Positions 36,101-47,200 of a DNA stretch of 64,000 nt are shown here, one piece after another. This DNA comes from a virus. Lineage: Duplodnaviria; Heunggongvirae; Uroviricota; Caudoviricetes. The DNA is taken from IMG/VR virus record IMGVR_UViG_3300032335_000499, one strand, 5' to 3'. The notes below the pieces were generated by a model. That model ran no database searches, was not told the DNA's origin, and worked only from the letters and a program-made list of their open reading frames with translations. The position numbers and the translations under genes are program-made. Each line of letters starts with the position of its first letter. The first letter of the stretch is position 1.

Positions 36101-37405
36101 GGACAATTAACTAATAAAATTAGTGGATCAGTTGGATCATTTGCTAATACCCTAAACTCCGTATCTACTGCCGCAACATCTATTACTAGCACTGCTAATA
36201 AGATTACTGGGGCAATTGATAATGTAAGTAGTCTTGCTGGCGCGGGTCCAGCTCTAGCAGCAGGCGGCACGGCTGCATTATCTACTGCCGCATCAACTGT
36301 TGCTAAAGGTGCGACTGCCGCAGTGTCATCTCAAGTAGCATCTGGTATTAGTAATTTAGCAGGTGGCATTAAGTCGGTATCCTCGGTACTCGACAAAGCA
36401 ACCGGGGCAGTAAACAGCATTCCGGGTGCAGGCAGTCTTACTGGACTTATTAAGGATGCACAGACATCAGTAATGAGCGGACTACAAAGTGCGGAAAAAC
36501 TTGCAAATGATATCGGAGGGCAATTAGATAATCTAACTGCACTTGTATCTAAGGGCTTGCCAGCAGGCGCGGCAGCAGAACTAGCATCTTCAGTGTCAGC
36601 ACTAAGTGCCGGCGGTGCTGCTGCAATCAAGCTTCCTGCTGTAGGATTTAATACTACTGACAGAGGCTCAATCACCTCGCAAATTAAATCTGTTCTTGGC
36701 AATCCTAAAATCCCGACACCAAATCTACTGGGTGAAATTACTCAGGATGTTAAGGATCAAGCACAGAAACTACTTGATGTTGGTAAAAAATATCAGCAGC
36801 TTCAAGATAAACTTGCTGAATTTGATAAAAAGATTTTTGAAAAATCAAAAGCATATAATGAAGCAGAACTAAATCTCCCTGCAGGAGATCCTGCAATTGA
36901 AAAAGCACTTGCTGAATTTGATAAGGCAACAACTGATCCTGAATACGCTAAACTGTTAGATGACATCATTAATTTAGATAATATTAATAATGTTGCTGGA
37001 GATATTCTTGCTGGTGCCGGAGAGACTGCTAGTGGAATCGCTAACGCAGCATCAAGCTTAACGTCTGGACTATCTGAGTTAACAGGGTCATTGACCGGCG
37101 CGGTAGGAGGGATATCTAGAGGAGCATCTTCACTTAGTGGTTCACTGACTTCTTTAACTAAAGCAGCAACATCGGTATCATCTACCGCTTCCTCAGTAAA
37201 TTCAACTATCAAATCAGTTACGAACTCAATTACTACAGTAACCTCTAGTGCTACGCAAATAACGGCTACTGCTAAAACAGCATTGTCCTCAGTTACTGGA
37301 TCTGGTGCAACTGCAATTGAAGGTATACAAACAAAAATAAATACAAGTAAAGCAGAGTTGAATAATACAATTGCGGGTATTATAGGACCTTCAGGAAATG
37401 GATAA
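33119..37405 (+). CDS. gp5: Baseplate central spike, gp5/VgrG-like, with long low-complexity C-terminal extension
   Basis: OB-fold GIVKDNIDPTRSGRIKV...PPDIGTKV, GHSFVMDD, IRIRTALGHQILM, beta-helix ending GSKVNLNSG; followed by gp25. Confidence 0.85.
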   Translation: MPTEVIKTTGSTKESKPGANGGNNKTVPLIGIVKDNIDPTRSGRIKVLLADKGIPTDSDSSGNWVSVSYLSNFFGMVKPTAGQTGLGDYVANPSSYGEWHAPPDIGTKVICIFVNGDPNYGFYIGCIPEADALQMVPAIGSSDNIVTNAGEANSYGGATRLPVTNINTNDKSVSDSNKYLDTARPVHSYTASIMSQQGIIRDPIRGPISSSASRETASRVGWGVSTPGRPIYEGGFDDSSLASNLEPAGGLETATRLKVIARRGGHSFVMDDGDVIGRDQLIRIRTALGHQILMSDDGQTLMILHSNGQSYIELGKEGTIDMYSTNSVNIRTQGDLNLHADQNVNIHAMENLNLQGKNIQTNSEEDTKIRSGKDIQAFSIGNYLGKAGGAVAFQAGGEASLVAGGIAYVNGSKVNLNSGGPGTSPQDVAVIPIIAQTDTLFDEEKGFIAAPAKLLTIATRAPAHAPWSNAGQGVDVKTTLNASDSLPAAPSAAVEQTTTAAATNATPPAIATAASVPATTPSVSKAMGPGPTNAAIAGVATTAAQGPAAAATTQGAAVVSASGVTTSVTSSSSTTTTTANGVTTTTKTSSSESATVAVGSFAMTPKQMEQAGVLKPGASTLINGIATQANDIIKVTATGLNAATSIIDKALPSTLFTAIPGAENLTSFVKNTSAQAQGMATTMQKAQTALTNSGVLTGNESAGTTAGLVTAAATVGPKETIAAISQVAGKASSTLSSVSGAVSGLVGSAAGQALNQVSGALNQVSGAINTANKIAGAVGGATNALKAIGAGTAAAGLADKLGGLGGLSSALNAMKNAGGPAGLTGIQDAAKGIATNAFNSIKDSFKAFKPGVPQNLTAIAKEAAAKAQAEAGQLSQLSATLTTASKGLTEGLSNVGKAAGQLTNAIGGVTGALSGASAALKNVGGSLSTLADNAKSISNTVNTATASVSGALGAVSSLTGSIKSTTSSLSSITSSMQNTVAGVSGAVSAVNGSLGQLTNKISGSVGSFANTLNSVSTAATSITSTANKITGAIDNVSSLAGAGPALAAGGTAALSTAASTVAKGATAAVSSQVASGISNLAGGIKSVSSVLDKATGAVNSIPGAGSLTGLIKDAQTSVMSGLQSAEKLANDIGGQLDNLTALVSKGLPAGAAAELASSVSALSAGGAAAIKLPAVGFNTTDRGSITSQIKSVLGNPKIPTPNLLGEITQDVKDQAQKLLDVGKKYQQLQDKLAEFDKKIFEKSKAYNEAELNLPAGDPAIEKALAEFDKATTDPEYAKLLDDIINLDNINNVAGDILAGAGETASGIANAASSLTSGLSELTGSLTGAVGGISRGASSLSGSLTSLTKAATSVSSTASSVNSTIKSVTNSITTVTSSATQITATAKTALSSVTGSGATAIEGIQTKINTSKAELNNTIAGIIGPSGNG

Positions 37406-37415
37406 GGAATAATTA

Positions 37416-37865
37416 ATGGCACAGTATGTAGGGTTTAGTACCAAAGACGCTTGTAAGCCAAAAACTACTAATGCAGTAGGCGGAATCGACAATGGCGCAG
37501 GCGGCATTCGGCAACCTATTATTTGGGGAAAGAAGTATAGATTGACTGATACCCAATTAGTGATGCAAGATTTCTTAAATGCCCTTAATATTCCTTTAGG
37601 TAGTAAAGTAGGACAACCGGGATATGGAACTAAAGTTTGGAGCTTTATATTTGAACCAAACACCGCAGATGTGCAGTTCCAACTAGAAAATGAGATCTTT
37701 AGAGTTGCAGCAACAGACCCCAGAATTATTCTTAATTCAGTTAAAGCATTTCCTAAAGAAAACGGTATCTTATTAGAAGTTGAGCTTGCAATTAACCCGT
37801 TCAATCAAGCAGAACTTGTTAGTGTATTCTTTAACAGAGCAACTACTACCGCTACATTCATTTAA
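37416..37865 (+). CDS. gp25: Baseplate wedge subunit, gp25-like
   Basis: LN...GSKVGQPGYGT.VW..IFEP...DPRI motif. Confidence 0.9.
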   Translation: MAQYVGFSTKDACKPKTTNAVGGIDNGAGGIRQPIIWGKKYRLTDTQLVMQDFLNALNIPLGSKVGQPGYGTKVWSFIFEPNTADVQFQLENEIFRVAATDPRIILNSVKAFPKENGILLEVELAINPFNQAELVSVFFNRATTTATFI

Positions 37866-37887
37866 CAAAACCTGCTCTTTTCCTAAT

Positions 37888-37895
37888 GATAAATA
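37888..37895 (+). promoter_or_regulatory. Late promoter GATAAATA for gp6
   Basis: Box 20 nt upstream of ATG 37916. Confidence 0.65.
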
Positions 37896-37915
37896 CATGA
37901 AAAGAGTATTAATCT

Positions 37916-40900
37916 ATGGCAACAAGTTCAAGACAATCTGCGTTGTTTGGCCTCAACGACTGGAAAACTATATACCAGACGTTCCGTGAAGCCGACTTTA
38001 GAAGTTATGATTATGAAACCCTACGCAAGAGTTTCATCGATTACCTTCGTGTATATTATCCTGAAACTTTCAATGACTATACTGAGTCAAGTGAATTCAT
38101 TGCGTTGCTTGATGTTATTGCATTTATGGGTCAGGGTCTTGCATTCCGCGGCGACTTGAATGCTCGTGAGAACTTTATTGATACTGCTGAGCGTAGAGAC
38201 AGTGTTATTAAGCTTGCCAATCTTGTCAGCTATATTCCAAAAAGAAACATTGCTGGACAGGGCTACCTAAAAATATCTAGCATCAGCACTACACAGAACA
38301 TCACTGACATCAATGGATTAAATCTTAGCAACCAAACTATTCTTTGGAATGACCCTGCTAATCCGAACTGGCTGGAACAATTCAATACTATTGTAAATGC
38401 TACGCTAGTTAATACTCAACGAATCGGTCGCCCCGCTAATATTTCTGAGTTAGCAGGTGTTAGTACTAGCGAATACACCATGCAGATTCCACCTAATGCA
38501 TTGCCTATTGTTCCGTTTAATAGCACCATCGATGGTCAGACTATGAATTTTGAACTATGCAGTGTTTCAACTGTAGATTCAACTAGTGTATATGAAATTC
38601 CACCAGCACCAACTGGCAGATTCAATATGGTGTATCGCAATGACCAATTGGGCTTCGGCTCTGCTGAGACTGGATTCTTCTTCTACTTCAAACAGGGTAG
38701 TCTTCAGAATTACGATTTCACCTTGCAACAACAAATCAGTAATCAGAATATTCCTATTGATGTTCAGGGCGTAAACAACAGTGACACATGGTTATTCCAA
38801 CTCAATGAAGATGGTACTAGAACACCTTGGAAGCAAGTAGAAAATGTATATGCAGACGCATATTTGCAAACTGAATTCTCAGACAGAAAGATTTTCTCAG
38901 TAGGTTCTCGCTTCAACGATCAAGTAACTTATACCTTTGGTGACGGAGTGTTCAGCCAGATTCCGGTCGGCAATTTCCGTGCATATGTAAGAGCGGGTAA
39001 TGCGCTGACTTATGCAATTAGCCCTAGTGAGATGCAAGGCATCTCAGTCACCTTCACTTATATCAGCCGCGTAGGTAGAGCAGAACAAATTACATTTGGT
39101 CTTGAATTACCATTAACAGTTAACACTGCCCAAGCTCGTGAAACTCTTGCTAATATCAAGCAACGTGCTCCTACTCGTTACTACACACAAAATCGTATGG
39201 TCAATGGCGAAGACTACAATAACTTCCCATACACTTTATATAGCTCTATCGTTAAGAGTAAAGCAATCAATCGTTCAAGCGTAGGCACTTCTAAGAATCT
39301 AGATTTACTTGACCCTACTGGTAAGTATTCCAGCACAAATAGTTTTGGTAGCGATGGCGCGCTATATCAAGACAACGCGGATGGCTTCTTGAATCTAACT
39401 ATTAATAATACTAGTGACATTATTGCTTTCTTCACTGATACACTGTCAAATATATTGTCATTGAACAGAGCGACCCAGTATTATATTCAAAATTATACAA
39501 GATATCCTGTCAATGCAGCATCAGGTGACGGGACTGTTTATTGGAGAACAAGTACAGTAGACACCGGCACTGAATCAGGTTACTTCTATACAGTTACCGG
39601 TAGTTTAGAGCAACCACTAAGTGTTGGCATCTTCAACAGCCAAAACATGAAGTATGTAACAACCGGCGCTATCTGTAAGTTTATTGCACCTACTGGATTC
39701 TATTTCGATCTTGCTACTAACAGATTAGTTCAGGGTATTCCTCCTAGCCCCGAACAAACTTATATTTGGTCAACTATTCTTAATGTTGCAGGTGACGGTA
39801 GCAATAATGGCAACGGTAGTTTTGCTAATGGTGTTGGTCCTATTAAATTAAATGGGTATGTTCCCACCGATATACAGATTGCAGAGATAATTCCTGTATT
39901 CGGCAATGCGTTCCCGACAACGCTGATTCAAGAATGTTTATTCAGAATGGAATTGCAACAAGACTTTACATTAGTGTTTAATAATTCATTGATGATTAAT
40001 CAAGATCGGTGGTCTATTTCCGGCTTTACTGATCCGAATTATTTTGTAAAGTTCACTAGCACTGGCGCAAATACATATAGCATTACTTACCGTTCATTGA
40101 CATATTACTTTGGAAGTGTCGCTGATACTAGATTTACTTTTGCTAAAGATGAACTAGTATACGACCCCTTTAGTGGAAAAATCATTCAAGATTTTGTCAA
40201 TATACTTTCTGTAAATACTCAGTTCGGAACAAATATTCCCTTAGGTCAAGACTTACAGGTAAATATTGTAGGACAGACAGTAGAGAGCGACGGGTACATT
40301 AACGATTTCCAAGTTGAAGTAGCTGCGACCGATGTTAACAATCGCCAATTAATTTTAAATCCAGACTTTTTTACTGAGGTTACTGGTTATAGCACAGGCT
40401 CATCTAATATTGGAAAATATGTATTTTTTAGAACGATACAAGATGCTATTAATTTATCTAGGCAGTATATTATTCCTAGTGCGGATGTAAATTATGCTTA
40501 TGCAACAACATCTCAGATTGAAGTTGTAAAATATGATTATCCAGTAGGAACATTATTCTATGCATATGGTGAGAACAAGTTTTATAAAACTGTTCAAGAC
40601 CAAACCATCATTACCCCGTTCTATTTGTTAGTAGAGCAAGACTCATATTCAGTTGAGACAGGTAGACAAGGGTTGTCATACCAATATAGACATAACAGTA
40701 ATAACACTACTAGAATTGATCCGGTAACAACTAATATTATTGACTTGTATTTGGTTACTCAAGCGTACTACACTGAATATACTAATTGGCTTGTGGATAC
40801 AACTAATACTATTCCAGAACCGATACGCCCTTCTATCACTGAATTAAGCACTGAATACAGCGGTGTAAATAACTATAAGATGATGAGCGATGCAGTAATC

Positions 40901-41287
40901 ATGAATAGTGTAGTCTTTAAACCATTGTTTGGACCTAAAGCAGTTCCTGCATTACGAGCAACAATTAAGGTAATCAAGAGTTCAAGTACAAATGCAAGTG
41001 ATAGTGAAATTCGCAGCACAGTACTTGCAGCAATGAACAATTACTTCAATATCAATAATTGGAACTTTGGAGATACATTCTACTTTTCAGAACTTAGTGC
41101 ATTTTTACACACAACTTGCGGAGAGTTGATTAGTTCTGCTGTTCTTGTTCCTAATGACCCAACTATGAGCTTCGGAGATTTATATGAGATAAAATGTATG
41201 CCGTATGAGATTTTCGTAAATGCTGCAACTGCAAATGATGTAGTGGTAGTACCGGCCCTCACACCCGCTGAATTACAGGTAAGATAA
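37916..41287 (+). CDS. gp6: Baseplate wedge subunit, gp6-like
   Basis: FNDYTESSEFIALLDVIA, ENFIDTAERRDSV, FGDGVF, ET...IK.RAP..Y.TQNRMV..EDY motifs. Confidence 0.9.
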   Translation: MATSSRQSALFGLNDWKTIYQTFREADFRSYDYETLRKSFIDYLRVYYPETFNDYTESSEFIALLDVIAFMGQGLAFRGDLNARENFIDTAERRDSVIKLANLVSYIPKRNIAGQGYLKISSISTTQNITDINGLNLSNQTILWNDPANPNWLEQFNTIVNATLVNTQRIGRPANISELAGVSTSEYTMQIPPNALPIVPFNSTIDGQTMNFELCSVSTVDSTSVYEIPPAPTGRFNMVYRNDQLGFGSAETGFFFYFKQGSLQNYDFTLQQQISNQNIPIDVQGVNNSDTWLFQLNEDGTRTPWKQVENVYADAYLQTEFSDRKIFSVGSRFNDQVTYTFGDGVFSQIPVGNFRAYVRAGNALTYAISPSEMQGISVTFTYISRVGRAEQITFGLELPLTVNTAQARETLANIKQRAPTRYYTQNRMVNGEDYNNFPYTLYSSIVKSKAINRSSVGTSKNLDLLDPTGKYSSTNSFGSDGALYQDNADGFLNLTINNTSDIIAFFTDTLSNILSLNRATQYYIQNYTRYPVNAASGDGTVYWRTSTVDTGTESGYFYTVTGSLEQPLSVGIFNSQNMKYVTTGAICKFIAPTGFYFDLATNRLVQGIPPSPEQTYIWSTILNVAGDGSNNGNGSFANGVGPIKLNGYVPTDIQIAEIIPVFGNAFPTTLIQECLFRMELQQDFTLVFNNSLMINQDRWSISGFTDPNYFVKFTSTGANTYSITYRSLTYYFGSVADTRFTFAKDELVYDPFSGKIIQDFVNILSVNTQFGTNIPLGQDLQVNIVGQTVESDGYINDFQVEVAATDVNNRQLILNPDFFTEVTGYSTGSSNIGKYVFFRTIQDAINLSRQYIIPSADVNYAYATTSQIEVVKYDYPVGTLFYAYGENKFYKTVQDQTIITPFYLLVEQDSYSVETGRQGLSYQYRHNSNNTTRIDPVTTNIIDLYLVTQAYYTEYTNWLVDTTNTIPEPIRPSITELSTEYSGVNNYKMMSDAVIMNSVVFKPLFGPKAVPALRATIKVIKSSSTNASDSEIRSTVLAAMNNYFNINNWNFGDTFYFSELSAFLHTTCGELISSAVLVPNDPTMSFGDLYEIKCMPYEIFVNAATANDVVVVPALTPAELQVR

Positions 41288-41295
41288 GTATATAC

Positions 41296-44200
41296 ATGGC
41301 TAGAGTAAGAACATTAGATTTCCTTCCGGAAGTATTTCAAACACCAACCAACGCTGAATTTTTAGCAGCTACCCTTGACCAAATCGTCAATCCACCGAAT
41401 ACTACTCGTATCCAAGGATATGTTGGTAGTAGGTTTGGTTATGGAATAAACGCTACAGATAGGTATGTTTTAGAACCAACGAAGGTCCGTACAGATTACC
41501 AACTTGATCCAGGTGTTGTCTTTACGAAAACTAATGAACCAGTTGCAAAAGACTTCATTTCATATCCTGGCATCATTGATGCGTTAAAATTAGCGGGCGG
41601 AGCTACTGATAACAACAGCAGAATGTTTGAATCTGAGTTTTATTCATGGGATTCATTTATTGAACTTGATAAGCTAATCAACTTCAACGAATACTACTGG
41701 TTGCCATATGGTCCTCCCGCAGTAACAGTAGCGCAATCATTAATATACTCCAGAGCCGATTACAGAGTAACAGATAATCCTAACTCGTACAGCATTGTAG
41801 AGCTTGGTGCATCGGGTACTAATGCTAATCCAACTCTTACGCTATTACGCGGCGGCATCTATACTTTTCTCGTAGATCAAGATACTCAGTTTTGGATTCA
41901 ATCAGAGCCTGGCGTTAGTGGGTTTTCTGCAAACTTCCCCAACATTCCTGTTCGTGACGTTTATGGCGTAGAAAACAACGGTTCTAATTTAGGTGTCGTA
42001 ACATTTAATGTTCCGCAAAAAGATGCACAGAATGAGTATATTCTTCCTGGTAGAAACCCAGTAGACTTGATTTCTACTACACCGTTTAGCGAAGTTAACG
42101 GTGTACAACTCAGTGAGTTGGGCAACATCGACGGTGTTACTGGATTAGAAGGATTACGTGTAGCATTTTATAATACTGGTGTCCCTAATGAAATAGGTTT
42201 TGTCTCACAATATTATAGTGAAGATAATTTTGATGTCAACAATAATCAGTATGTCCCGCCGCTAACTGTTACCATCACTAGCTGCAACACAACTACTCTT
42301 ACTATCGCAACCGGTGACACATCAACCTTTACTGCTGGGCAGAGCATCACATTTGATACCCCTACAATTGGTGGATTAACTGACGGCCAAGTTTACTATG
42401 TTCGTGATATTGTAAGTCCAACACAATTTACTATCAGCGATTACATTGACGGTCCAGTATATACTCTTACTGCTGGTACAGGCACAATGACTGCAAACAT
42501 CAATCAGGGCTTACTTGAAGAAGGCTTCTACACTAACGTTTCAGAAACTTACTATCGTATCACATATGTTGGTAATCCAGACTCACCTGTACTTAGATTA
42601 ATTCCAGATGGCGTTATCCCAATCGGTGAAAACATCATCCCCATCTACGGTGAACTTTGGTCTAATCGTCCCTTTTATCGTGACGTAACTGGTGTACTTA
42701 ATCTACTCCCACAAATTACTGCCCCATCAGATATTCTTTATTATCAGGATAGTACAAACCCGAACAAGGTTGGTATTATTAGAATTGTTGAAAGTAATAA
42801 TACTAACACATTAAATGTAGATGCTGACATTTTAACTCAAGCAAACTTTACCGCAACTAATGGTGTAGTATTTACTAATGGGCTTAAAGTAAGATTTAAC
42901 GGTGATGTAATCCCTGCCAGTTACCTTGAGGGTGAATACTATGTTGAGGGTGTAGGCACTAGAATAGAACTAGTTCCAGTTGACTCATTAGTGTGTCCAG
43001 AAGCATTTACACAAGGCGGATTCATTCCGTGGGACACTGCTCCGTATGATATTGGCAATTTCGACATTGAACTTTTCATTCCAGTTGAACCAGACTACAT
43101 CACTATTGCTAGAAATAGCATAAGCAAAAATGCATGGTCAAGAAGCAATCGCTGGTTCCACGTTAGTGTTATTAATGCAACAGCCGGTTATAATAATAAT
43201 CCAAATATCTTAACTGAATATGCTAACAGTGATAACAAAGCTAGAAGACCTATCATTGAGTTTTATCCAAATCTTAAGTTATTCAACTCTGGATCACAAG
43301 GTAAAGCTGCGGTAGATTTTGTTGATACTCGTGCGACTGATGCACTATCAGATGTTGCCGGACTTAATGCTTACTACCCAGACGTAGAAGTATACACTTC
43401 TAATGGTGCAACTATCGATGCAGTCTCTATTACACCAGTAAGTGTCACTTCAACGATTGTTGGTCAGACTTACAAAATTGAAACTTTAGGCAACACCAAC
43501 TGGAATACTTTTGCTGGCACAACCGGCGTTGACTATGTTGACGGAAACATTGTACGCTGTGCAGTTACAGGGACTGGCACAGGTACTGTCGTTAAATACT
43601 CAACTGATATTACTGTTGCAGAATCAGATATAACAGGCGCATTTCAAATCGGTATGTATTTGGGAGATACTGATGCAGTCCTCCCCGTAAACTCACAAGT
43701 TACAAACCTAACAGGCGCCGGTACAGGCACACTCACAATTACTGCTGCTTGGTTAACTGCAAACACAGTAAGTGCTGTTGTTAATGCATCTATTGTAGGA
43801 ACCGATACTACTGTAAACAATTACGGACTGTTTACGGGTGCAAGAATTGTATTTGCGGCTGATACCGACGCTAATACTTTAAATAAAATTTATGTTGCTG
43901 AACTATCAACTATTACCCCGGGCGCAAAGCCAACCATTACTCTGTCATTAGCAGAAGACGGTGAAGTATTAGTTAATGAGCAAGTAGCAATATTGCGCGG
44001 CTACAACTATCAGGGTGCGTCTTTCTACTATGATGGTTTTGAATGGTTAGAAGCGCAACTAAAGAGCAACGTAAACGAGCCGCCACTGTTTGATGTTTTT
44101 GATGACAATGGTATATCTTTTGGTAATTCTGATATCTACGGAAGTACAACGTTTAAAGGTTGTAAGCTTTTTGCGTATGGTATTAATGACACCACAATTG

Positions 44201-47200
44201 ATGACCCAATCTTAGGTTTCCCGGTCCGCTACTCAGCTATCGATAACGTAGGTGACATCAGTTTCGATGTATCATTAAACTTAGACACCTTTAATTATGT
44301 TGCAGGTGGTGCTCCAATTACTCAAAAAGTCAATACCGGATATGTCTACAACTTTGCTAACCTAGTAACATTTACTAGAGAGTTAGGATGGCAAACTGCT
44401 GTTGCACCTAGTACCCAGTATCAAGCGTTTGACTTTCCCTATACTGCTGGCGCTACACCAAATTACTTTACATGCGACATCGCTAAGTTACCAGATTTAG
44501 CATTGGATGAACTTGGCTGGCCAAGAATTCAAGTATTCATTAATAACAGGTATCTGACTGAGGACGAGTATCAGGTCTATGGAACTAGCACCTCAACAGT
44601 AGTTATTTTGAATCAAGCGCCAGTAGTTGACACTGCAATACAAATTCTATTACTAAGTGACCAGGTAAGTAAAACTGCTTACTACACTATTCCTATCAAC
44701 TTGAACAACAACCCGTTCAACACTGATTTGGAAACTGCGGATATCGGCGACATCAGATCACATTATCGTGACATCTTTATCAACGCACCTAATACAAGCG
44801 GTGAGATTTTTGGAAATAATAACTTTAGAGACTGCGGAGACTTGATATCTTACGGTACTAAAATTATTCAAAACAGTGCAAGTCTCGTTCTTCCGGGAAC
44901 GTTCCTTCGCAAACAGAATCATGATTTATTCTCTGCACTAATGTTTAACAGCCGCGAGTATATCAAATATAAACAATTACTAGTTGATACTGTACAAAAC
45001 AGCGAGTTCACACAACGTTATACTCCATCCGAAATGCTTGATGATGCACTAGATCAAATCACTGCTGCTAAAAGTCAAGGCAATGCATTCTTTTGGTCAG
45101 ACATGCTGCCAGGTAAGGCAGCATTCCGAACCAACACATATACTTTCGCAAATAGTCTAGACACCTCAATTTACCCATTGACTCGTGTATACAATTTTGA
45201 AACTGCAAATTATAATGGTGTATTAGTATATCTTTCTAGAACCGTTGACAACAACACTGTTCAGACACAGTTGACTAATGGCGTAGACTACACTATTAGT
45301 ACAGATTCTCCGTCGCTCACTGTTACTTTGGATTTGATTGCTAACGATAAAATCACTATCAAAGAATATAATCAGACATACGGTTCATATGTGCCTAATA
45401 CCCCAACTAAGTTGGGCCTGTATTCATCATTTCAACCTACCGTAGTACTAGATGCTGACTATAATACACCAACTTACTTTATCTTAGGGCACGATGGATC
45501 ATACACTAAGTTGTACGGGGAATATATTCCTGAAACAAATACGTTGACGAATTTTGTTGACCAAGTATTACTAGAATTTGAAAAGAGAATTTATAACAAC
45601 CTGAAGCTAGGTACTGAAGTCGTAATTAAGGATTACGAAGTTCTTCCTGGATTCTTCAGAGATTCAGATTATTCTTTGGAAGAGTGGCTGGCAATGTACA
45701 CTCCTAATTTCTTAAATTGGATTGGACAGAATCGCTTAGACTACAAGACTCAGTTCTACAACAAGAATGATTTCTTTACATATAACTATACCAATAGCCA
45801 AGAAAAATTGACCCGTGAGCCAATTAAGCAAGGCTACTGGCGCGGTCTATATGAATATTTCTACGATACAGTGACTCCAAATTCTACTCCTTGGCAGATG
45901 TTGGGCTTCGCAGATGAGCCTACTTGGTGGCAAGAACGTTATGGTCCAGCTCCGTACACAAGTGACAACTTATTACTTTGGCAAGATTTAGAAATAGGCT
46001 TTGTGTGGAACAACACTGCAAGTTATGTTGTGCCAGAACTAGCTCGTCCTGGACTCACTCAAGTACTTCCCGTAGATTCAAACGGGGACATTGTGGCTCC
46101 CTGGACTAGTATTGTAGGAAACTATAACCCAAGCACATTCCAGAAAGACTGGAAGATCGGTGACATGGGTCCCGTAGAACTTAGCTATCGTCGTAGTTCT
46201 ACTTGGCCGTTCGATCTTGTCAAGCTGTTTGCGTTAACTAAGCCTGCTGAATTCTATAATCTTGCAGTTGATTTAGACAATTACAAATACAATGTGGAAT
46301 TCAACCAATATCTAGTAAACGACCGCAGCCACTTAATTATTAGTGATGTAGAAATCTATGGTAATGGTACTGCTAAAACCTCATACATCAACTGGATTGT
46401 TGATTATGAAAAACAATTAGGTATCGATGCAACTACTAATATCACTACTCTACTAGATAATTTAGATGTAAGACTAGTGTATCGTTTAGCAGGATATTCA
46501 GACAAGAACTTACTACAGTTCTACGTAGAAAAAGGTTCGCCAAACAGTAATAACGCAAGTTTGCTAATTCCAGATGAGAGCTACTCAGTACTACTATACG
46601 ATAACCAACCATACGACAAATTAGCCTACAGTAGTGTAGTAATACAGTCTGTTGATGGCGGATACACTGTATACGGTAACTCACAAACATTTTCATATTT
46701 TACTGTAAAAGAACCTATCTATAACGGAAAGTGGGTTAACTATGATGTTACTGGAGTTACTACCCGCGTAGCAGAAGACTATGCTACTACTGATGTTTTA
46801 GTTCCATATGGAACTAAGTTCTATACTATCCAAGAAGTAGCACAGTTCTTAGCTAGTTACAGTGCCTGGACGCAGTCCAAAGGAATGATCTTCCAAGAAA
46901 TAGAAAGTGGAATCGAAATTAATTGGCGCTTGATGATTCAAGAATTTATGTATTGGACTCAGACCGGCTGGGTAGAAGGTAGTGTTCTTACCCTCAATCC
47001 TGCGGCTACTGTTTTGGAAATTGATCAAGTAAGCACTATCGTACAACCTCTCACTGTTCAGAATCAAAACTTCATTCTGAATCAAAATCTGTACCCAGTA
47101 CAGTTGAATAACATTTGCGTATTGAGAGATGGAACTAGATTTAGAGTTCACACGTTGAATCAAGGAGATGCATTCTCCTATGCTCAATTCAATTTGAGTA

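Noticed and set aside
28545-37804. Minus-strand ORFs antisense to baseplate genes
   Set aside because: Shadow ORFs from low-complexity Ala/Ser/Thr/Pro codons.
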